Shown piece by piece: positions 14,949-26,105 of a stretch of DNA of 64,000 bases. The DNA lies in NCBI RefSeq assembly GCF_009914755.1, contig NC_060945.1; one strand, 5' to 3'. Made by a program: the position numbers and the translations under genes. How positions within the stretch are numbered: position 1 is the stretch's first letter; every line of letters starts with the position of its first letter. This stretch comes from the human T2T-CHM13v2.0 reference genome, Homo sapiens. The notes beneath the pieces were generated by a model. The model worked only from the letters and a program-made list of their open reading frames with translations, made no database searches and was not told the DNA's origin.

Positions 14949-15880
14949 CAAACTGCTCAATCAAAAGGAAATTTCAACCTGTGAGATGAATGCAAACATC
15001 ACAAAGAAGTTTCTCGGTATGCTTCTGTATAGTTTTTCTGTGAAGATATTTCCCATTTCACCATTGGCCTCAGTGGGCTCACATATATCCTTTTGCATAT
15101 TCTACAAAAGATTGTTTCCGAATTTCTCAATGAAAAGAAAGGTTCATCTCTGGGAGATGAATGCACACATGAATAAGAAGTTTCTCAGAAAGCCTCTGTC
15201 TAGTTTTTGTTTTAAGATATTTATTTTTCACCGTAGGCCTCAAACTGCTCAGAAATATTCCTTTGCAGATTGTACAAAAAGATGGTTTCCAAACTGCTCA
15301 ATGAAAACAAAGGTTCAACACTGTGACATGAATACTCACATCACAGAGAAGTTTTTCAGAAAGCTTCTGTTTAGTTTTTTAAGTGAAAATATTTCCTTTT
15401 TCACCATAGGCCTCAAAGCACTCCAAATATCCTTTTGCAAACTCTACAAAAAGAGAGTTTCCAAACTGTTCAATTAAAAGAAAGATTCAAATCTGTGAGA
15501 AGAAAGTACACATCATGAAGAAGTTTCTCATAATGCTTCTCTCTACTTTTTTTTGTGAAGATATTTCCTATGTCGCCATAGGCCTCAAAGATCTCACAAA
15601 TATCCCATTGCAGATTCTACAAAAAGACAGTTTTTGAACTGCTAAATGAAAAGAAAGGTTCAACTCTGTGAGACGAATGCACACATAATAAATTAGTTTA
15701 TCATAATGCTTCTGTCTAGTTTTTATGTGAAGATATTTCTTTTTCACCATAGGCATCAAACCGTTCAGAAATATCCCTTTGTAGATCGTACAAGAAGACT
15801 GTTTCCAAACTGCTCAATCAAAAGAAAGTTTCAAACTGGTGAGATGAATGAACACATAACAGAGGAGTTTCTCAGGAATC

Positions 15881-16332
15881 TTTTTTTTTTTATTTTCATC
15901 ACTTTATTTTACTTTTTTTAAAGTTAGTTTTTTTTTATTTATTATTATTATACTTTAAGTTTTAGGGTACATGTGCACAATGTGCAGGTTTGTTACATAT
16001 GTATACATGTGCCATGCTGGTGTGCTGCACCCACTAACTCGTCATTTAGCATTAGGTATATCTCCCAATTCTATCCCTCCCCCTTCCCCCCACCCCACAA
16101 CAGTCCCCAGAGTGTGATGTTCCCCTTCCTGTGTCCATGTGTTGCTCTCGTTGTTCAATTCCCACCTATGAGTGAGAATATGCAGTGTTTGGTTTTTTGT
16201 TCTTGCGATAGTTTACTGAGAATGATGATTTCGAATTTCATCTATGTCCCTACAAAGTACATGAACTCATCATTTATTATGGCTGCATAGTATTCCATGG
16301 TGTATATGTGCCACATTTTCTTAATCCAGTCT
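15881..16332 (-). mobile_element. Short 5'-truncated LINE-1 3' end (L1PA2/L1PA3-like)
   Basis: Poly-T/AT-rich tail 15881-15950, then TACTTTAAGTTTTAGGGTACATGTGCAC... antisense 3'UTR and ORF2 C-terminus (DWIKKMWHIYTMEYYAAI). Confidence 0.95.
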
Positions 16333-19300
16333 TCTGTCTTGTTTTTAGTGAACATATTACCTTTCTCAACATAGGCCTCAAAGCAATCCAAACATCCATT
16401 TGCAGACTCTACAAAAAGACTGTTTCCAAACTGATCAATCAAAACAAATTTTTACGTCTGTGAGATGAAAGCACACATCACAAAAAAGTTACTCTGACAA
16501 CTTCTCTCTAGTTTGTATGTGAAGATATTTCCTATTTTAACTGAGGCTATAAAGGGCTCACATATATCCCTTTGAAGGTTCTACAAAAAGACTTTCCAAA
16601 CTGCTCAATCAAAAGAAAGGTTCAACTCTGTGAGATGAATGGACACATCACAAAGAAATTTCTTGGAATGATTCTATCTAGTTTTTATGTGAAGATATTT
16701 CTCTTTCACCATAGGCCTCAAAAGGATCAGAATTATCCCTTTGAAGATTGTACAATAAGCCTCTTTCTAACCTGCTCAATCAAAAGAAAGGTTCAACTCT
16801 GTGAGATGAATGCACACATCACAAGGAAGTTTCTGAGAAAGCTTCTGTTTAGTTTTTATGTGAGGATATTTCGTTTTCCACCATGGGCCTCAATAGCGCT
16901 CAAAATATCCATTTGCAGATTCTAGACAAAGAGTGTTTCCAAACTCCTCAATCAAAAGAAAGTTTCAATTCTGTGAGATGAAAGCACACATCACAAAGAA
17001 GTTTCTTAGAAAGCTTCTTTCTAGTTTTTATGTGAAGATATTTCACATTGCACCATAGTACTCAACACGCTCAGAAATATCCCTTTGCAGATTCTACAAA
17101 AGGGCTGTTTCCAAACTGCTCAATCCAGAGAAAGTTTCAACTATGAGAGATGAATGCACACATCACAAAGAAGTTTCTCAGAATGCTTCTTTCTAGTTTA
17201 TATGTGAAGAAAATTCCTATTTCACCATAGGCAATAAAGGGCTCACAAATATTTTTTTGCAGATTCTACAAAAAGACTGTATCCAAACTGCTCAATAAAA
17301 ATAAAGTTTCAACTCTGTTAGATTAATGGACACATCAAAAAGTAATTTCTCATAAAATTTCTGTTTAGTTTTTATGTGAGGATATTTCCTTTGTCACCAT
17401 TGGCCTCAAAGCACTCCTAATATCCATTTACAGATATCACAAAAAGAATGTTTCCAAACTGCTCAATCAAAAGAAAGTTTTAACTCTGTGAGATGAAAGC
17501 ACACATCTCAAAGAACTTTCTCAGAAAGCTTTGGTCTAGTTTTCATGTAAAGATATTTCCAGTTTCACCGTAGGCCTCAAAGGGCTAAGAAATATCCCTT
17601 TCCAGATTCTAAAAGACAACCATTTCCATACTGCTCAATCAAAAGAAAGCTTAAATTCTGTGAGGTGAATGCACACATCAGAATGAAGTTTCTCAGAATT
17701 CTCCTGTCTAGTTTTTATGTGACAATATTTACTATGTCACTATAAGCTTCAAATGTCTCAAAAATATCCCTTTGCAGATTCTACAAAAATATGGTTTCAA
17801 AAGTGTGAATTAAAAGAAACCTTCAACTCTGTCAGATGAATGAAGACATCACAAAGAAGTTCCTCAGAATGCTTCTGTCTAGTTTAAATGTGAAGATATT
17901 TCTTTTTCACATAGACCTCAAATGGCTCAGAAATACACCTTTGCAGAATGCAGGAAAAGACTGTTTCTAAACTGCTCAAACAAAATAAAGTTTCAACACT
18001 GTGAGATGAATGCACACATCACAAAGAAGTTTCTCAGAAATCTTCTGTCTAGCGTTTATCTCAAGATAATTCCTATTTTGCCATAGGAATCAATGTGCTC
18101 ACAAATATCCCTTTGCAGATTCTACAAAAGTTCTGTTTCCAAGCTGCTCAATCAAAAGAAACGTTCAACATTGTGAGATGAATGCACACATCACAAAGAA
18201 GTTTCTCAGAATGCTTCTGTCTGGTTATTATGTGAAGATACTTCCTTTTTCACCATGGGCCTGAAAACACTCTAAATATCCACTTGCAGATTCTACAAAA
18301 AGAGTGTTTTCAAACTGCTCAATGAAAAGAAAGGTTTAATTCTGTGAGATGAAAGCACACTTCACAAAAGTGTTTCTTAGAAACCTTCTATCTAGTTTTT
18401 ATGTGAAGATATTTCATATTTAAAAATAGGTCTCAATGGGCTCAAAAATATGCTCTTACAGATGCTACAAAAAGAGTGTTTCCAAAAAGCTCAATCAAAA
18501 TAAAGGTTTAACACTGTAAGATAAATGCACACATTACAAAGAAGTCTCTCAGAATTCTTCTGTATAGTTTTTTTGAGAAGCCACTTCTTTTTTCACTATA
18601 AGCCTGTCTGCTCACTAATAGCCCTCTGCAGATACTACAAAATACTCTTTCCAAACTGCTCAATCAAAATAAAGGTTCACATCTGTGAGATGAAAGCCCA
18701 AGTCACAAAGAACTTTCTCAGAAAGTTTCCGTCTAGTTTTTATGTGAAGATATTTCCTATTTCTCCTTAGGCCTCAAAAGGATCACAAATATCCCTATTC
18801 AGATTCTACAAAAAACTGTTTCCAAACTGCTTCATCAAAAGAAAGGTTCAATTCTGTGAGATCAATGCATACATACAAAATTAGTTTCTCAGAATGCTTC
18901 TGTCTAGTTTTTATGTGAAGTTATTACTTTTTCACCATAGGTCTCAAACTGCAAACAAATATTCCTTTGCAGATTGCACAAAAAGTATGTTTCCACACTG
19001 CTCAATGAACAGAAAGGTTCAACTCAGTGAGATGAATGCAAACATCACAAAGAGTTTTCTCAAAATGCTTCTGTCTAGGTTTTAGGTGAAGATATTTACT
19101 TTTTCACCATAGGCCTCAAACTGCTCACAAATATCCCTTTGCAGTTTCTACAAAACGACTTGTTGCCAAACTGCTCAATGAAAGGCAAGGTCCAAATCTG
19201 TGAGATGAAAGGACACATCACAAAGAAGTTTCTCAGAAAGTTTCTGTCTAGTTTTTAAATGCAGATATTTTCTTTTTCACTATAGGCCTCAAAGCACTCC

Positions 19301-22300
19301 AAATATCCGTTTGCAAGTTCTACAAAAAGAGTGTTTCCAAACTGCTCAATCAAAAGAGAGGTTCAACTCTTTGTGGTGAAAGCACACAGCACAAAGAAGT
19401 TTTACAAGAAGCTTCTGTCCAGTTTTTATGTGAAGACCTTTCCTATTTCACCATAGGTCCCAATGGGCTCACAAACATCCCTTTGCAGATTCTACAAAAG
19501 AATTCTTTCCAAACTGCTCAATCCATGGAAAGTTTCAACTCTGTGACATGAATGCACACATCACAAAGAAGTTTCTCAGAATGCTTCTGTCTAGTTTTTA
19601 TGTGAAGAAATTTCTTGTTCACCATAGGCCTGAAATGCTGCAAATATCCATCTTCAGATTCTACAAAAAGAATGTTTCCTAACTGCTCAATCAAAAGAAA
19701 AGTTCAACTCTGTGAGACGAAAGCACACAACACAAAGAAGTTTCTCTGAAAGCTTCTGTCTAGTTTTTTTGTGAAGATATTCCCTATTTCACCATAGTCC
19801 TGAAAGGGCTCACAAATATCCCTTTGCATATTATACAAAAAGACTGTCCCCAAACTGCTCAATCAAAAGAAAGTTTCAACTCTGTGTGATGAATGCACAC
19901 ATTACAAAGAAGTTTCTCAGAATGCTTTTGCTAGTTTTTATATGAAGATATTTCTCTTTCACAGTAGGCCTCAAATGGCTCAGAAATATCCCTTTGCAGA
20001 TTGTACAAAAAGACTGTTTCCAAACTGCTCAATCAAAAGAAAGTTTCAACACTGTGAGATGAATGCACACATCACAAAGAAGTTTCTCAGAATGCTTCTG
20101 TTAAGATTTCATGTGAAGATATTTCCTTTTTCACCATAGGCCTCAAAGGGCTCAGAAGTATTACTTTGTAGATTCTACAAAAGGTCGGTTTAGAAAACTG
20201 CTCAATCCAAAGAAAGGTTCAACTCTGTGAGATGAATGCACACATCTCAAAGAAGTTTCTCACAATGGATCTGTCGAGGTTTTCTGTGAAGATATATCCT
20301 TTTTAACCATAGGCCTTAAACTGCTCATGAATATCCCTCTGCAGATACTACAAAAAGACTGTTTCCAAACTGCTGCATCCAAAGAAATGTTCAACTCTGT
20401 GATATGAATACACACATCACAAAGAAGTTTCTCAGAATGCTTCTGTCTGGTTTTTATGTGAAGATATTTCCTATTTCACCATAGGCTGTAAAGGGCTCAC
20501 AAATATCCGTTTGCATATTCTAAAAAAAAGACTGTTTCCAAACTGTTCAAACAAAAGAAAGGTTCAACTCTGTGAGATGAATGCACACATCAGAAAGAAG
20601 TTTCTCAGAATGCTTCTGCCTGGTTTTTATGTGAAGATATTTCCTTTTTCAGCATAGGACTCAGTGGGCTCAGAAATATCCCTTTGCAGGTTCCACAAAA
20701 GGACTGTTTAGAAAACTGCTGAATCCAAAGAAAGATTCAGCTCTGTGAGATGAATACACACATCACAAAGAAGTTTTGCAGAATGCATCTGTCTAGTTTT
20801 TATGGAAAGATATTTCTTTTTTCACCATAGGCCTCAAAGTGCTCCAAATACCCATTTGTAGATTCTACAAAAAGAGTGTTTCCAAACTGCTCAATCAAAA
20901 GAAAGGTTCAACCTTGTGACACGGAAGTAAACATCACAAAGTAGTCTCTCAGAAAGCTTCTGTCTATTTTTTATGTGATGATATTTCCTATTTCACCATG
21001 GGCCATATAGGGCTCACAAATTTTTTTTGCAAATTCTACAAAAAGACTGTTTCCAAACTGCTCAATCCAAAGGAAGTTTCAACTCTATGAGATGAATGGA
21101 CACACCACAAAAAAGTTTATCAGAATGCTTCTATCTACTTCTTATGTGAAGACATTTTTTTTTCACCCTAGTCTTCAATGGGCTCAGAAATATCCCTCCT
21201 TTGTAGATTCTACAAAAGGACTGTTTCCAAACTGCTCAATCAAAGAAAGGTTCAACTCTATGAGATGAATGCACACATCACATAGATGTTTCTCACAATC
21301 CTTCTGTCTATTTTTTATGTGAAGGTATTTCCTTTTTCACCATAGGCCTCCAAGCACTCCAAACATCCACTTGCTGATTCCACAAAAAGACTGTTTCCAA
21401 ACCCCTCATTCAAAAAAGGATTCAACCGTATGAGATGAATGCACATATCACAGAGATGTTTCTCACAATGCTTCTGTCTATTTTTTATGTGAAGGTATTT
21501 ACTTTTTCACCATAGGCCTCAAAGCGCTCCAAACATCCATTTGCTGATTCCGCAAAAAGACTGTTTCCAAACTGCTCAATCAAAAGAAAGGTACAACTCC
21601 GTGTGTTGAAAGCACACATCACAAAGAAGTTTCTCAGAAAGCTTCTGTCTAGTTTTTCTTTGAGGATATTTCCTGTTTCACCATGGGCCATAAAGGGCTC
21701 AAAAATATTTTTCACAGATTCTACAAAAAGACTGTTTCCAAACTGCTCAATCCAAAGAAAGTTTCAACTCTGTGAGGTGAATGGACACAAGACAAAGAAG
21801 TTTCTCAGAATACTTCTGTCTAGGGTTTATGTGAGATATTTCCTTTTTCACCATAAGCCTCAAAGTGCTCCAAATATCCATTTGCAGATTCCACAAAAAG
21901 ACTGTTTCCAAGTTGCTCAATGAAAAGAAAGTTTCAACTCTGTGAGGTGAAAGCACACATCACAAAGAAGTTTCTCAGAAAGTATCTTTCTAGATTTTTT
22001 GTGAAGATATTTCCTTTTTCACCATAGGCCTCAAATCACTCCAAGTATCCATTTGCAGATTCTACCAAAAGATTGTTTACAAAATGCTAAATCAAAATAA
22101 AGTTTCAGCTCTGTGATGTGAATGCAGGCATCACAAAGGAGTTTCTCAGAAAGATTCTGTTTAGTGTTTATCTGAAGGTATTTCCTTTTTCTCCATAGAC
22201 CTCAAAGCTCTCCAAATATGCATTTCCAGATTCTATAAAAAGTCTGTTTCCAAACTGCTCAATGAAAAGAAAGGTTCAACTCTGTGAGATGAAAGCACAT

Positions 22301-24160
22301 ATCACAAGGAAGTTTCTCAGAATGTTTCTTTCTAGTTTTTTTTGGAAGATATTTCCTTTTTCACCATAGGCCTCAAAGCACTCCAAATATCCATTTGCAG
22401 ATTCTACAAAAAGACTGTTTACAAACTGCTCAATCAAAAGAAGTTTTCAACACTGTGAGATGAATGCACACATTACAAATTAGTTTCCCAGAAAACTTCT
22501 GTTTAGTTTTTATGTGAAGATATTTCCTTTTTCACCAGAGGCCTCAAAACACTCCAATTATCCATTTGCAGATTATGCAAAAAGAGTATTTCCAAACTGC
22601 TCATTCAAAAGAAACACTTAACTCTTTGAGATGAAAGCACTCATTAAAAATAAGTTTCTCAGAAAGCTTCTGTCTAGCTTTTATGTGAAGATATTTCCAA
22701 TATCACCAAAGGCCTCAATCGGCTGAGAAGTACCCCTTTGGGGATTCTACAATAGGACTGTTTCCAAACTGCTCTAGCAAAGGAAAGGTTCAACTCTGTG
22801 AGATGAATGCACGCATCACTAAAAGGTTTCTCAGAAAATTTCTGTGTAGTTTTTATGTGAAGATATTTCCTACTTCACCCTAGGCCTCAAAGGGTTCACA
22901 ATTATCCCTTTGTAGATTTTACAAAAAGACTGTTTCCAAATCTTCAATCAAAGAAATGTTCAAATGTGTGAGATGAATGCAAACCTCACAAAGAAGTTTC
23001 TCAGAATTCTTCCATCGAATTTTTATGTGATGATATTTCCTTTTTTACCATAGGCCTCAATATGCTCCAAATATACATTTGCAGATTCTACAAAAAGAGT
23101 GTTTCCAAACTGCTCAATCAAAAGAAAAGTTCAACTCTGTGAGATGGAAGCACACATCACAAAGAAGTTTCTTAGAAACCTTCTGTCTCGTTTTTATGGG
23201 AAGATATTTCGTATTTCACCATAGGCCTCAATGGGCTCAGAAATATACCTTTGCAGATTCTACAAAAAGATTGTTTACAAACTGCTCAATCCAAAGACAG
23301 GTTCAACACTCTGAGATTAATTCACACATCACAAAGAAGTTTCTCAGAAAGCTTCTGTCTAGTTTTTATGTGAAGATATTTCCTTGCTCACCATAGGCCT
23401 CAAACTGCTCACAAACATCCCTCTACAGATACTACAAAAAGACTGTTACCAAACTGTTCAATCAACAGAAGGGTTCAACTCTGTGTGGTAAATGCACACG
23501 TCACCAAGAAGTTTCTCAGAATGCTTCTGTCTAGTTTTTATGTGAAGATATTTCCTTTCTCATGAAGGCCTCAAACCACTCCAATTATCCATTTGCAGAT
23601 TCTACAAAAGATGGTTTCCAAACTACTCAATGAATAGAAAGGTTCAACTATGTGAGATGAAAGCACACATCACAAAGAAGTTTCATAAAATGTTGCTTTC
23701 TAGTTTTTAAGTGAAGATATTTCCTTTTTCACCATAGTCCTCAAAGTGCTCCAAATATCCATTTGCAGATTCTATAAAAAGTGTGTTTTCAAACTGCTCA
23801 ATCAAAAGAAAGGTTCAACTCTGTGAGATGGAAGCACACATCACAAATAAGTTTCCAGAAATCTTCTGACTAGTTTTTATATGAAGATATTTCCTATTTC
23901 ACCATGGACCTCAATGAGCTCACAAATATCCCTTTGCTGATTCTACAAAAGGACTGTTTTGAAACTGCTCAATGAGAAGAAAGGTTCAACTCTGTGAGAC
24001 GAATGCATACATCACAAAGAAGTTTCTCAGAATGCTTCTGTCTAGTTTTTAGGTGAAGATATTTTCTTTTTCACCATAGGCCTCAAAGTGCTCACAAATA
24101 TCTCCTTGCAGATTCTACAACAACAGAGTATCCAAATTGATTAATCAAAAGAATGTTTCA
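16333..24160 (-). repeat. Divergent alpha satellite, mixed 171/172-bp monomers with irregular dimer-like alternation
   Basis: Continuous reverse-orientation monomers; A-box type; no homogeneous HOR. Confidence 0.95.
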
Positions 24161-25333
24161 CATAAAATCTCTAGAAGAAAACCTAGGCAATACCATTCAG
24201 GACATAGGCGTGGGCAAGTACTTCATGTCTAAAACACCTAAAGCAATGTCAACAAAAGCCACAATTGACAAATGGGATCTCATTAAACTAAGGAGCTTCT
24301 GCACAGCAAAAGAAACCACCATCAGAGTGAACAGGCATCCTACGGAATGGGAGAAAATTTTTGCAACCTACTCATCTGTAAAAGGGCTAATATCTAGAAT
24401 CTACAATGAACTCAGACAAATTTACAGGAAAAAGCAAACAACCCCATCAAAAAGTGGGCGAAGGATATGAACAGACATTTCTCAAAAGAAGACATTTATG
24501 CAGCCAATGAACAAATGAAAAAATGTTCATCTCCACTGGCCATCAGAGAAATGCAAGTCAAAACCACAATGAGATACCATCTCATGCCAGTTAGAATGGC
24601 AATCATTAAAAAGTCAGGAAACAACAGGTGCTGGAGAGGATGTGAGAAATAGGAATATTTTTGCACTGTTAATGGGACTGTAAACTAGTTCAACCATTGT
24701 GGAAGTTGGTATGGAGATTCCTCAGGGATCTAGAACTAGAAATCATTTGACCCAGCCATGCCATTACTGGGTATATACCCAAAGGATTATAAATCATGCT
24801 GCTATAAAGACACATGCACACGTATGTTTATAGTGACACTATTCACAATAGCAAAGACTTGGAACCAACGTAAATGTTCAACCACGATAGACTGGATGAA
24901 GAAAATGTGGCACATATACATCATGGAACACCATGCAGCCATAAAAAATGATGAGTTGATGTCCTTTGTAGGGACATGGATGAAGCTGGAAACCATCATT
25001 CTCAGTGAACTATCGCAAGGACAAAAAATAAAACACCACATGTTCTCACTCATAGTTGGGAGTTGATCAAAGAAACACATGGACACAGGAAGGGAAACAT
25101 CACACACCACACACCAGGAACTGTAGTCAGGTGTGGGGAGGGGGAAGGATAGCCTTAGGAGATATACCTAATGTTAAATGATGAGTTCATGGGTGCAGCA
25201 CACAAATATGGCACATGTATACGTGTGTAACAAACTTGCACGTTGTACACATGTTCCCTAAAAAATAAAATATAATAATAATAAAAGTAAATAAATAAAT
25301 AAATAAACCCAGAGCTCCAAAAAAAAAATAGAG
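24161..25333 (+). mobile_element. 5'-truncated LINE-1 (L1PA4-like), ~1.15 kb
   Basis: ORF2 C-terminal fragments ([13 protein letters not shown]..., [14 protein letters not shown]..., [14 protein letters not shown]...) with stops/frameshifts; 3'UTR with ATGTTAAATG and GTAACAAAC; A-rich tail; TSD AAGAATG(T/G)TTCA at 24149-24160 / 25334-25345. Confidence 0.94.
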
Positions 25334-26105
25334 AAGAATGGTTCAACTCTATGAGAAGAATGCACACATCACAAATAAATTTCTCAGAAAGCTTCTGTCT
25401 ACATTTTATATGAAGATATTTCCTTTTTCACCATAGGCCTCAAAGCACTCACAAATATCCCTTTGCAGATTCTACAAGAAAAGAGTTTCCCATCTGCTCA
25501 ATGAAAAGAAACGTTTACCGCTTGGAGATGAATGCACACATTACAAAGCAGTTTCTCAGAAACCTTCTGTCTAGTTTTTATGTGAAGATATTTCCTTTTT
25601 CGCCATAGGCCTCAAAGCACTCACAAATATCTCATTGCTGATCCTACAAAAAGACTGTTTCCAAACTGCTCAATCAAAAGAATGGTTTAACTGTTTGAGA
25701 TGAGTGCACTCCAAACACAGAAGTGTCTCAGAAAGATTCTGTCTAGTTTTCATGTGAATATATTTCCTTTTTCACCATTGGCCTCCAAGTGTTCACAAAT
25801 ATCCCTTTGCAGATTCTACAAAAAGACGATTTCCAATATGTTCAATCAACAGAAAGGTTCAAATCTGTGAGACTAATTCACACGTGACAAAGCAGTTTCT
25901 CAGAAACCTTCTTTCTAGTTTTTCTCTGAAGATATTTCCTTTTTCACCATAGGCTTCAAAGTGCTCACAAATATCCTTTTGCAGATTCTACAAAAAGAAT
26001 GTTACCAAACTGCTCAAACAAAAGAATGGTTCACATCTGTGAGATGAATGCACACATCACAGAAAACTTTCTCAGAAAGCTTCTGTCTACATTTTATGTG
26101 AAGAT
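25334..26105 (-). repeat. Older 172-bp type alpha satellite
   Basis: Shared variant ACATTTTAT at 25401 and 26089 (688 = 4 x 172 bp); CACAAATATCCCTTTGCAG; AAACGTTTACC variant as in the 3366-8242 layer. Confidence 0.92.

Larger units (their letters stand above)
12034..15880 (-). repeat. Divergent alpha satellite, mixed 171/172-bp monomers
   Basis: Reverse-orientation monomers mixing CTCCAAATATCCATTTGCAG and GCTCA(C/G)AAATATCCCTTTGCAG types. Confidence 0.95.

Noticed and set aside
24153-25066. Functional L1 ORF2 coding sequence
   Set aside because: 5'-truncated, split by stops and frameshifts, no promoter.
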